Positions 37,318-48,602 of a stretch of 64,000 nt of DNA are shown here, piece after piece. Under the pieces are notes generated by a model that saw nothing but the letters and a program-made list of their open reading frames with translations, was not told the origin of the DNA and did no database searches. Every line of letters starts with the position of its first letter. Position 1 is the stretch's first letter. Location: the NCBI RefSeq assembly GCF_963921235.1, contig NC_086097.1, positions 17,360,001 through 17,424,000 on the forward strand, given 5' to 3'. Source of the stretch: Mobula hypostoma. Lineage: Eukaryota. The translations under genes and the position numbers were made by a program.

Positions 37318-39659
37318 CTGATTTGATTTAGTTCAGCTTACATTAGTGCCTTTCCACTTCTGGACATTGAGGGGCTGAGTCTGATGGGGAAGCCCCTCAA
37401 ACAACGAAAGTCTGCATCACACTGGGGGGCCACATCCTTGGCAATGGTGACATGTTCAAGAATGTGATGTCTTAACATTACTAAGAATAGAATCAGCAAC
37501 ATTCAATTTACAAGACCAAAGAACGCTAAGAATGTAAAGAGCTTTGAACTGTGCTTTTCTTTCATTCATATATTTTTATTATTGTGAATAAAATTTATTT
37601 TTGGAATGTTAAATAATGTTTTTTTACTATTTGATCAAATGTTTCACTGTCTATTTCTTCCTGATATTCTAACAGTCTGAGCAGCTGAGCCTGACTCACT
37701 ATCTGGGCCTACTCCAAATGTTGACACACTCCATATGTGTGCCTAGTATTGTACCCTTCTATACACAATCAAAAGAGTTTTAATTACTGGGTCAGGTTGA
37801 TCTAGAGCAGAAATAATACAACTCTGAAATTGCGGATTGCTTACAGATAATTGCCTTGGCTATGGAAGTTTTGTTATCCTGGAGATCGTTGCTTAGTTTT
37901 ATAGCAGATCACTTAGACACTGAAAAAAATGTCATTTATGATCAGTCTTTAGAAGCCTTTTCATTGTTTGCAGATAAATCTCAGCATTTCCTCTCTCCAC
38001 AGACATGCTTCCATTTTACTACAGTTCAGCGGAGTAGTTCAATGTTTTTTCCCAGCATTTATGAAGCTAACAGAAGCCATTCAGCCCATTGTTTCAATGC
38101 TGGACAAAAACTAACCACCCAACCTCATCCTACATACCAGCACCGGGTTTCACTGCCCTGTTTTCATTTGGGTGAAGGAAAAGTCCTTTTTAATTATTTT
38201 TTTCATTCTTAATGTCTGACTTCACATATATGAATACATTATCTCAGAGAAATGCATTCATTGTCAATCTTCAATAATCTCGACCAACTGCAACTTAGTG
38301 CACCAGTCTCCAAACAGCATCCTGTACTTACTGACAAAAGCAAAATTATGAATACTCACCATCTTCTTCACTAGCTTTACAAACAGCAACAGATATTACA
38401 ATATCCACTCATTACACACATTAGGAGAGAACTTAATCTGATCAAGCATTCTAGTTACCCCCACTTACACCGCTCTGTTTTTTAAATCAGTCAGTGCACT
38501 GCAAATACTTTAAACTATTTTTATAATGTTGCTTATATTGTAAGTGCAAGATGGTATTTATGAATTTATGCACATTTTGTTCCATATCTCTACTTCTAAC
38601 TTTATTTTATATAACTCTTTATTCTGTATAATTGTTGAACTTCGTTGTTTTTTTATTGTATCCTGTGCCAACACACCACAGTAATTTCCTAATACATGTA
38701 AATGTATATGGTGAATAAAGATGACCCTTTTCCTTATTATGCTGAGATCAACCAAGCTTATCCAACAGGAAACTGATCGTATCAGTACAACAGTGGTCTC
38801 GTAACCTACTCAATATTACTTGGATAACAATATTAAAGATAGATCCAGATGCAACAGAGATCAAAATGGCACTGCAGCCGGGTGACTCATTGCAAGCTCT
38901 TTGCAGGTCAACTCGTTAATTCTATTATAATCATTCTACTCTTATAAAATCTAAATTCCATAACTGCTTGCTTGCACATTATTGTCTGTCTTTTCTGTGA
39001 GTGTTTACTTGCACATTACTGTCTGCCTTCACTGCACTTTCTCTGTAGCTGTAACACATTATCCTGCATTCATTAATTGCTTTTCCCCTGTACTACCTCA
39101 AGGCACTGATTTGATGAAATGAATTGATCTGTATGTAGGCATGCAACACAACGTTTTCCACTGTACCTCAGTACAAGTGGCAATAATAAATCAATTTACC
39201 AATTTACTAATAAAGGATGTAAATACAGAAACAAACTCTCCCAAACAGAAAGATATGCTAATAGCAAAATCTTCTCATTGCTACTATCAGTGTGTTTAGG
39301 AGCCTGAAGATGGACACTCAATGTTTTAAGAAACAGCTTCTTCACCTCCACCATTAGATATTTGAATAGTGAATGAACCCATGGACACTACCTCATTATA
39401 CCTCTTTTGCATTATTTTATCTATTTTATTTCTTATTGTGGCTAATAACAAGTTTTTAATATCTTGCACAGCACTGCTGCCATAAAACAGCAAATTTCAT
39501 GACATATGTCAGTGGTAATAAACCTGATTCTGCTCTGTTACAGCGATGGCAGGCTAAGTGTTTTGGTACAGACTAGATGGGCCAAACAGCCTGTATCTGT
39601 GCTGTACTTTTCTATGACTGTATGACTCTAAATTGGCTAGGACATGAGGGGTAATTGCC

Positions 39660-39827
39660 CTGCTCTTTTATTTGAAATTTTTCACCTGAAAGAACAGTCA
39701 AGTCCCTAGTTAAACATCTCATATAAAGGACGGCTCTCCCATCAGTGCAGCAGTTCCTCAATACTGCATACATTTCAGGATATTTTATAATCCAATTTCT
39801 AAAGTAGGACTTGAACCCACAATCTTG
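39660..39827 (-). mobile_element. Old tRNA-derived SINE head (DeuSINE/SacSINE1-like)
   Basis: Minus B-box gggttcaagtcc (39807-39818) plus the segment aacatctcatataaaggacggc...cagtgcagcagttcctcaatactgca, recalled as DeuSINE-like. Confidence 0.55.
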
Positions 39828-39845
39828 ATTGGATCTCGATACAAT

Positions 39846-40045
39846 CTTGTTGGAGGCCAAGTCCGTGCATATACTTAAGGCAGAACCTGATTGTTTCCTG
39901 ATCGGCCAGGGCATCAAAGGATATGGCGAGAAAGCAGGTGCATGGGGTTGGGTGGGATCCGGGATCAGCCATGATGGAATTGCGGAGCAGACCGGATGGG
40001 CTGAATGGCCTAATTCTGCTCCTATGTCTTATGTTCTTATAGTCT
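39846..40045 (+). mobile_element. CR1 3' end
   Basis: EAKSVHILKAE...GIKGYGEKAG; tail tcttatgttctt. Confidence 0.85.
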
Positions 40046-40329
40046 GATCTACTGACACAATGGCAAAAGTGTTACTCTTCAAAACAAGGCTTACCTGTCT
40101 ACTTAACTAAGAAACCATATACATCTATGTTCTATACATAGTTTTAGACATTCTATACAACTTCAATCTATACATTTATGAACACAGCAGATTACTTTTC
40201 CTGCAGCAAAGTGATACATATTTCTTCTGTAGATGGCCTATACCATATTATGCCATCTTCATGGGATGTGACCATGTTCTACTTCACAGCATTAGCAATT
40301 TGTCCCTTGAAAAGGCTGATATTGGCAAT

Positions 40330-40985
40330 GGGAATGGTCAGTAGAGGAAAGAGTGAGCAAGTTTTTGGGGTCTCAATATCTCTGAGGATCTATCCTGGGC
40401 CAACAAAGAAGGCACAACAGCAGCTATATTTCATTAGGAGTTTGATGAGATTTGGTATGTTACCAAAGACACTCACAGATTTCTACAGATGTACTGTGGA
40501 GAGCATTCCAGCTGGCTGTATCACTATCTGGTATGGGCAGTGGGGGGCTACTGCACAGAATCTAAAGACGCTGCAGAAAGTGGTGAACTCAGTTAGCTGT
40601 ATTGTGGCCACTAGCCTTCGTAGTATCCAGGATATCTTCAAAGAGTGATGCTTCAAAAAGGCATCCACCATTAAAGACCCCTGTCACCTAGGTCATGCCC
40701 TATTCTCAATGCTACCATCAGGAAGGAGGTATGGGAGCCTGAAGGCACACACTCAATAATTCAGGAATGCTTCTTCCCCTCTGCCATCTGATTTCTGACT
40801 GGAGTGGACCCAAGAACACTACCTCACTACTTCTTGTTTTGGCTACTTATTTAAGTTAACTAATTAATATTTATATACTTACTGTAAGTTACAGTTTTTT
40901 TCTGTTATTATGTATTGCATTGTACTGCTGCTGCAAAGACAACAAATTTCACAATATATGCTGGTAATATTAAACCTGATTCTGA
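40330..40985 (+). mobile_element. Rex1/Babar-type LINE 3' end
   Basis: KKAQQQLYFIRSL...FYRCTVESIPAGCITIWYG; LPSGRRY codons near 40710; tail taaacctgattctgat. Confidence 0.88.
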
Positions 40986-42284
40986 TGAGTTTTCAGATTA
41001 TGTTCCTCCCATTTGTGTGAATGCCCTTGCTTGACAAAATGTAAATCACTTCTACAAAAAAACAATTAGAAAAAGTATTAATATTTTTCACAAGAGAAGT
41101 AATGATATTATTCGTTGGAAAATTGACTGTTATCTTCACCAGCATCGCAATAGAAAATGCTGTATGATTGGAAAAAAAAATCAAAACCTCCTGTGGGAAA
41201 CTAACCCGTCAGACAGCTAATAAATTTAATGTTTTCATAAACTTACTGTTTCTTTAACCTATGCATTAAGGTTAAAGAAATATCACCAGTAAGGCTATTG
41301 AGAAGCACCTAAGCTTGTTCATCATTTTTTAACAGGAAAGAAGAAGTCACAGCGTACAAATTATTAGGCAATAACCTAGGCTCATCTATCTCTTTTAATG
41401 AAAACACAAGGTGCAGTTATCAAAGATATATTTCCTAGCTATCAAGTAGGTTTAACACAGGCAAGAGTCAAGAACAATTTAGAACCACATTAACATGAAG
41501 ACCTTGGATACACAATTTAACATGTCACCAGTTGAGGATTAGGTGATTAGATGGTTGAATACAGAAGCAATGACAGAACTAAAACTGCAGGCATAATTTG
41601 TAATTATCAAACCCAAATTAGAGGAGCCTGCTCACAAAACTTGAGTTTTATTTTTGGGCTTTGTTTCAAAAGTCAAAAATGTCAAGATGAATAATGGAAA
41701 ATTCTAGATTTGTTTTGACTTGTTGGATGAGTTGGCTGAATAGTTTTTTGTTTAGATGATACATATCAATGATGTCAATGGAACTGGAAAAGTTTCCAAG
41801 CATGACAACTTAAGTTACATCTTCAAATTAACAGCCGCCTCCTTCTGTCATATTATTTTAAATTCCAGACATGGTCACTGCTCAGCTAAGTATTTGTGCC
41901 AAGGCTCAGTTGATATCAGCTGTAATCCATAATTAAGGAAGGTTTCTTAATAACTTCAGAAAGAGATGAATCATAACTAACAAAGTGCTGACATTAAAGA
42001 AACAATTAAACAATTGTGATGAAAGAACTTGAAGTGGCTGCTTTATGAAAATGTCACAAGCTGGATCACTTGGATTATTTAATTATTCTGTGAAAATTAG
42101 ATACAGCAGAGTGGGTAAACAGTTTCTCACATAGTAAAGTCTCTCATCTTTATGACAGAATAATGAATGCACCAGTGCAGAGGCAGAGAAGATAGATTGC
42201 AGAGACCTTCCATTTGGTTTGTGTTTGCGTTGCTGCTAGATGGTTGAGAAACTTCCAAACATGTCTGAGTGAACATTAAGCCAT

Positions 42285-42735
42285 GCTCCTTGGATTGGAA
42301 ACCATGTCTTATGAGGATAGGTTGAGTGAGCTAGAGCTTTTCTCTTTGGAGTGAAGGCAGATGTGAGAAGATTTGATAGAGGTGTACAAGATGATAAGAG
42401 TCACAGATCAAGTAAATCACCAGAGACTTTTTCCCTGGGAGCAAATGGCTAATACCAATGGGACAATATTTGAAGGTGATTGGAGGAAAGTATAAGAAAG
42501 ATTCAGAGATTATTATTTTTTCACATGGTAGGGGCATGGAATGCAGTGCTAGGGGTGGTGGTAAAGGCAGATATAATAGGGAAATTTAAGAAACTCTTGA
42601 ATAGGCACATGGATGATAGAAAAATGGAGGGCTATGTGGGAGAGAAGGGTTAGATTGATCATAGGGTAGGTTAAAAGGTCGGCACAGTATCATGGGCCGA
42701 AGTGTCTATACTGTGTGGTAATGTTCTGTGTTTAA
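42285..42735 (+). mobile_element. CR1 3' end
   Basis: SYEDRLSELELFSLE...DLIEVYK. Confidence 0.85.
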
Positions 42736-43334
42736 TACACAATGTTCCATTACGCCCTCCTGGAAAAGTTAGCTTTGAAAGTCAAGACAAAGAACAATTA
42801 AGGATTGCAAGAACCTCCACCATAACATCTCGTACTCTGCAGAAGGATAGGGTGCATAGATTTGGAACTGGTTACATATACCGAACTGATTTTCAAATAT
42901 GTACATTCAAAAATGTGCATTGCTTCGTAACTCTTTCCCTACCATAGGTCAATACCTGCAGAGGATTGCTTTCCCTCAAATTTGATGAGAATTTTCAGCT
43001 GATCAGCTACTGGAGAAGATCCATGCTAATTCAAGCATTACATTCACCGTCACAATACAAATTGCTTATCAAACTAGCACAACACTGTAAAAGTCTTCTG
43101 GCTTGGGCAAGGTCCATGAATGGCTATACTCCACTTAGCTTCAGTCCATGTTCCATCTCTTCAAAATCAGATTTTGAATATCTCTATGAAATCAGATCTG
43201 GCAGCCATGGAAGGATAGAATTCGCTGCCAAAGATTGTGGCACTGCACCAGAATTTGCCTGATCCTGTTCTGGATGCCCATCAACCTGTTAGCCAACAAT
43301 GAATCTTAGCAGAAAAGATTAACATCATCCATGT

Positions 43335-43484
43335 CACAAACGAGAGAAAATCTGAAGATGCTGGAAATCCAGGTAACACACACACACACAAAATGCTGGA
43401 GGAACTCAGCAGGTCAGGCAGCATTTATGGAAAAAAGTACAGTTGACTATACTTTTTTCCCATGGATGCTGCCTGGCATGCTGA
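43335..43484. mobile_element. Palindromic Penelope-tail insertion
   Basis: Arms ggcagcatttatggaaaaaagtacagtt | gactatacttttttcccatggatgctgcc; axis at 43444/43445. Confidence 0.8.
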
Positions 43485-43573
43485 ATACCATACATGTACT
43501 GACCTCTGCTGCCTGCATCATCACCACTCATACTTGCACAGTACTTCTCTGGATGGACTTGATAGGGCCAATA

Positions 43574-43829
43574 CACAAACAAGAAAATATATACAACATT
43601 CAGGAGGAGCTCAGCAGGTCAGACAACATCTATGGAGAGAAATTAACTGTCAATGTTTTGATCCAAGACCCTTCATCAGGAGTATAAGGTCCTGATCCTG
43701 ATGAAAGGTCTCAGCATGAAGCATCAACTCTTTATTCCTCTTCTTAGATGCTGCCTGAACTGGCGAGCTCATCCAGTATTTTGTGTTTGTTGCTCTGGAT
43801 GTCCAGCATCTGCAGAATCTCTTGTGTTT
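43574..43829. mobile_element. Inverted pair of Penelope tails with two degenerate hammerheads
   Basis: gacccttcatcagga (minus core) then tcctgatgaaaggtctcag (plus core), each followed outward by the tail. Confidence 0.8.
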
Positions 43830-44057
43830 AACATAAGTGAAAGAGCCTTGCCTAACTCCAGATTTAATTGGGAAGCTTCCTTAACCAACCCAAATTAAGA
43901 CTGCAAAATCTATATATAGCAGCTATATCTACTTACTGATTCCCTCCCCAAAATTGGAGACCCCATCCAAAAGGCATGAATGCATTATCCCATCAATGGC
44001 CTTCTCCAAGCTATCAAAGTAAATATTCTTTGTTGTGTATTTCATATTTCAGTAGTA

Positions 44058-44729
44058 GTTCAAAGTTCAAAGTACCTTTATTATCAAAGTATGCATATAT
44101 TATATACCTTTGTGATTTGTCTCCTTTCAGGCAGCCACAAAACAAAGAAACCCAAAAGAACCCATTTAAAAAAAAGACTGTCAAACACCCAATATGCCAA
44201 AAGTAACAAATCATGCAAACAATAAAAGCAAGCGAATTGTGTTGAGAACTGAAGCCCACAACAGACATGAAGCCATAGCCTCAGTTCACTGCAGAGCCGA
44301 ATAAATGTCATGGAGCAACGAGCTGAACTGGCTTGTCCCTCACCTCCGGCCCCCACATCCTGGCCTTTTCAATCTGGCCCAGCACTTAAATTGTCATCCA
44401 AATATCAGTTTGTCTCACTTTGATACAATCGCCTTGATTTGGCCTGTTCCTGACCTTTCCAATTCGGCCCGGTGCTTAAGTTGATCAAACCTCAGGTCTT
44501 TCCTCACTCTCAGAGATAGGCCTGCTGCCTCGTCTCTCCTCACCATGGGTCCTCCGCATTGAGTCATCTCCATGTCCAAAGGGAAGTTACAGGCTATTAT
44601 TTTCAGTGACCATTTACCAGAAAAAATGTTATTAATAAAGTATTTCGTTGGTTGGTTCCTTAGTTTTGTTTTGTTTGTCGTCGATAAGTAGTCGCTGAGC
44701 TTCACCAGTGCCATCTTAATCCAGAAGTA
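44058..44729 (-). mobile_element. ORF-less non-autonomous retroposon (second family)
   Basis: Minus strand starts acttctggattAAGATGGCac and ends with the Rex1-type tail tttgataataaa...(tttgaac)n. Confidence 0.55.
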
Positions 44730-47497
44730 GGTTTAATATTTGAGTAACATTTTAAATATTTTGTTTGTTTAAGCATTTTTTGTTTATATAATTACAGGTT
44801 ATACGTTTAAAGTACCTGACTGGCATATACGTACGTCACCACGCCACCACACCATAAATGCAATGTCCAAACAGAAACCTGCCTGGTCGAACATATATGG
44901 TCGAAGCCTGCAGATATCCAAATAAGAACTTAAACTGGAAAAAAAGATAACTCCTGAGGGAATGCCACTCATAGCGATGAAATGCAACAGTCAATATGCC
45001 ACATTGGGCTTGTATGTGGTAAATACAGGAGGGCCAATCACAGATAAGAAGTTGCCTGATTGGCTGAGACAACTACAACTTGATTGGAGATTCATCCACA
45101 ATTTGCATGCTACATCCCTAGCAACAGAGTCAGCTGAAAGTGAGTTAAGAAAGGTACTAGATGATGCCACAGCAGTGTTTAAGGATCGCATTGGAAAATT
45201 CAAACATATCAAGGGTAAAATAGTCTTAAATGAAAATGCTACATCCAAGTTTTACAAACCTATCCAGTTCCTTATACCATCCATGATAAAGTAGCCAGTG
45301 AGCTAGATCATATGGAGGCTGAAGAAATTCTTTCCAAGGATGAGGGGAGCCCATGGGCTACACCAGTCATCCCAGTAGCCAAAAAGAATAGGTCTGTTGG
45401 GTCTGTGGTGATTTTAAGGTCACCATCAACCCAGTACTGAAAGTTAACCAATACCCTCTGCCCAGAATAGAGGATATCTTTGCAAACCTTTCTAGCAGAA
45501 AACACTTAAGCAAAGTTGACTTAGCTGAGGCTTGTCTACAGATGGAGATGGAAGAAGAGTCCAAAGTGTTTCTCTCAATAAACACTCAGGATGGGCTTTA
45601 TCACTATAATAGGCTTGTTTTTGGAGTAGCGGCTGCACCTGAACTCTGGCTGAAAGCTATGGACCGGGTACTGCAAGGCTTCCCGGGCACTCAGTGTTAC
45701 CTAGGTGACATCATTGTTACTGGTAAGGACAAGATACACCTCCAAAATCCTAAGGAAGTGTTAAAAAGATTAGAATTCATTCATTCATTTTTTGGGGCAC
45801 CCCTCTGTTTTTGTGGATGGTTGCAAAGAAAAAGCATTTCTGGATGTATATTGTATACATTTCTCTGACATTTAATGTACCTTTGAAACCTTTGAACCTT
45901 TGAAAATTATGTGCTCAGAGAACAACATGACAAGTGTGAATTCCTTAAACTAAGCATCACTTACTGTGGTCACACCATTGACACAAATGTTTTACACAAG
46001 TATGCTGAGAAAATTCAAGCAGTGGTGGATGCCAAGGCAAAAGGACATGTTACAGTTGCAGTCCTTTTCAGGATTTGTTCATTGCTATGACAGGTTCCTA
46101 CCAAACCTGGCTACTGTGCTCCATCCCTTGAACTCATTATTACAAATTGGGAAGAAATGGCAATGGTCAAAGCAGTGTAATGTGGCTTTCCAAAAGTTAA
46201 AGGAAATGGTAATGTCAGGCACTGTCTCACACGTCATCCAACAAACCTTGCCTGTGACACCTTGCCTTATGGTATAGGTGCAGTCATACCCCATGTTATG
46301 AGTGATGGAAGTGAATGCCCCATAGACTTTGCATCACGTTCCCTTACCACTGCAGAGAACTATTGCACATAGATTGACAGAGGGGCTTTGAGTCTGGTTT
46401 GGGGTGTAAAACATTTTGACCAGTACTTGTATTTTCAATCCACAGAAGGGTTTTCCACTAAGAGCAGCAGCATGAATGCGGAAAAGCAGAAAAATGCGGA
46501 AAAGGGAAGAGAAGATGACGGCACGACGGCAGCACACGTGGCCTCTCCGGTGAATGATAACTGTAATCTGTCAAGTAGGGGACCGTGCACAATTCTGATT
46601 TGATGGAGATGGACGTGACAGTACGGAGGAACATCTGGAGAAACTTCTGAAATGTCCGCTTCGCTGCCGCTGCTACTGTGTGGTAACTGGAATCTCCGGA
46701 GGAGAAGGCCTCGAATCCTCGGCTTTGCTTGTTTCAGCGGCCGGGGCGAGGTCGGAGGTGCTTGGTAGAGGATGGCGCTTGGGAGGCTGTATCGGAGGGG
46801 CTGGTCGGAGGCTTGAAATTTTCGGATGGATGGACTCAGTGTCGGCTGTGATCGGCTGCTTCCAAGGCATCGGCAAGTTGATGGTGTCTGGAGGTTTATG
46901 GCAGGGAGTTTCTCCCTCTTGCCGCCTGCTATCGGGGACTCAGGAGTCGATCGACTCGGGGACTTTGAGACTTTTTTTTTACTGTACCCATGGTTTGTTC
47001 TTTATCAAATTATAGTATTGCTTTGCACTGCTGTAACTATATGTAATAATTATGTGGTTCTGTCAGTGTTAGTCTTTGGTTTGTCCTGTTTTCTGTGATA
47101 TCACTCTGGAGAAACATTGTAACATTTCTTAATGCATGTATACATTTCTAAATGACAATAAAAGAGAACTGAGGGTTCTCATAATCTAAAAATGGACTCA
47201 GTTTCTTGGAGGACACGTTTACAAAATTAAATTCAAGAGAATAACTAATCATGGAAAACACAGATTGTTGTTTTACCCTTGGAAAAGGAAATTCCTAAAA
47301 GATTTACAAAAAAAGACACCTCTCTTGAAGTATTCTCCCTAAAGCAAATCAAAAATCTCCTACAGCAGAGATGATACAAAGGGAAACCAGAAAAGACCCC
47401 ACACTGTCTCAAGTTTACATGGCAACTTAAAATGGCTGGAATGTGCAGGAGAAATTCCAGTTCCCCAGTTGTTACCATGATGGGATGAACTTGCCCC
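44730..47497 (+). mobile_element. Decayed Gypsy element (PR end, RT, RNase H), interrupted at about 45775-45903 and 46512-47188
   Basis: DWLRQLQLDW, YPLPRIEDIFANL, KVDLAEACLQ, YNRLVFGV, CYLGDII, ACDTLPYG, ASRSLTTAE. Confidence 0.88.
46512..47188 (+). mobile_element. ORF-less non-autonomous retroposon, copy 2 (longest)
   Basis: Colinear with 1293-1938; starts aagatgacggc and ends aaatgacaataaaagag...ctcataatct. Confidence 0.8.
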
Positions 47498-47517
47498 AGC
47501 AACTTCATTTATTGTCA

Positions 47518-48602
47518 TAGACCATAAGATATAGGAGCAGAATTAGGCCATCTGGGCCATCAAGTCTGCTCCACCATTCAATCATGGCTGATCCTTTTTT
47601 CTATCTCTTCCTCAACCTCAGTTCCAGCCTTCTCCCAGTAACCTTTGATGCTATGTCCAATCAAGGACCTATCAATCTCTGCCTTAACATTAAATACACC
47701 CAGTGACCTGGCCTCCACAGCTGCATGTGGCAACAAATTCCACAAATTCACTACCCTTTGGCTAAAGAAATTTCTCTGCATCTCTGTTTTAAAAGGGTAT
47801 CCTTCTATCCTGAGGCTGTGCCCTCTTGTCCTAGACTCTCCCACCATGGGAAACATCCTTTCCACATCTATTCTGTCTAGGCCTTTCAACATTCAGAAGG
47901 TTTCAATGAGATCCCCGCTCATCCTTCTGAATTCCAGTGAGTACAGACCCAGAGCCATCAAACATTCCTTGTATGATAACCCTTTCATTGCTGGAATCAT
48001 CCTTGTGAACCTCCTCTGGACCCTCTCCAATGCCAGCACATCTTTTTTACGACAAGGGGCCCAAAACTGTTCACAATACTCAAGGCCTCACCAGTACCTT
48101 ATAAAGCTTCAGCATCACAACCTTGCTCTTGTACTCTAGACCTCTTGAAATGAATGCAAACATGGCACTTGCCTTCCTCACCACCGACTCAACCTGCAAA
48201 TTAACCTTCAGGGTGATCTGCACAAGGACTCCCAAGTCCCTCTGCATCTCAGATTCCTGGATTTTCTCCGTTTTGAAAATAGTCCACACGTTTATTTCTA
48301 CTACCAAAATGCATGACCATGCATTTTCCAACATCATATTTCATTTACCACTTTCTTGCCCATTCTCCTAATCTGTCTAAGTCCTTTTGCATCCTACCTG
48401 TTTCATCAATACTGCCTGCCCCTCCACCAATCTTCGTATCATCTGCAAACTTGGCAACAAAACCATCTATTCCATCATCTAAATCATTTATATACAGCAT
48501 AAAAGGAAGTGGTCCCAACATCAACTCCTGCGGAACACGACTAGTCACTGGCAGCCAACCAGAAAAGGATCCTTTTATTCCCACAAAGGATCCTTTTATT
48601 CC
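47518..48602 (-). mobile_element. CR1 LINE RT and 3' end
   Basis: KFADDTKIGG, RDLGV, TRGHSLRI, RNFFSQRVVNLWN. Confidence 0.93.

Noticed and set aside
42957..43285. Minus-strand segment bounded by AG and GT splice-like sites
   Set aside because: All three frames contain stops and no homology is recognisable; it cannot be supported without transcript data.
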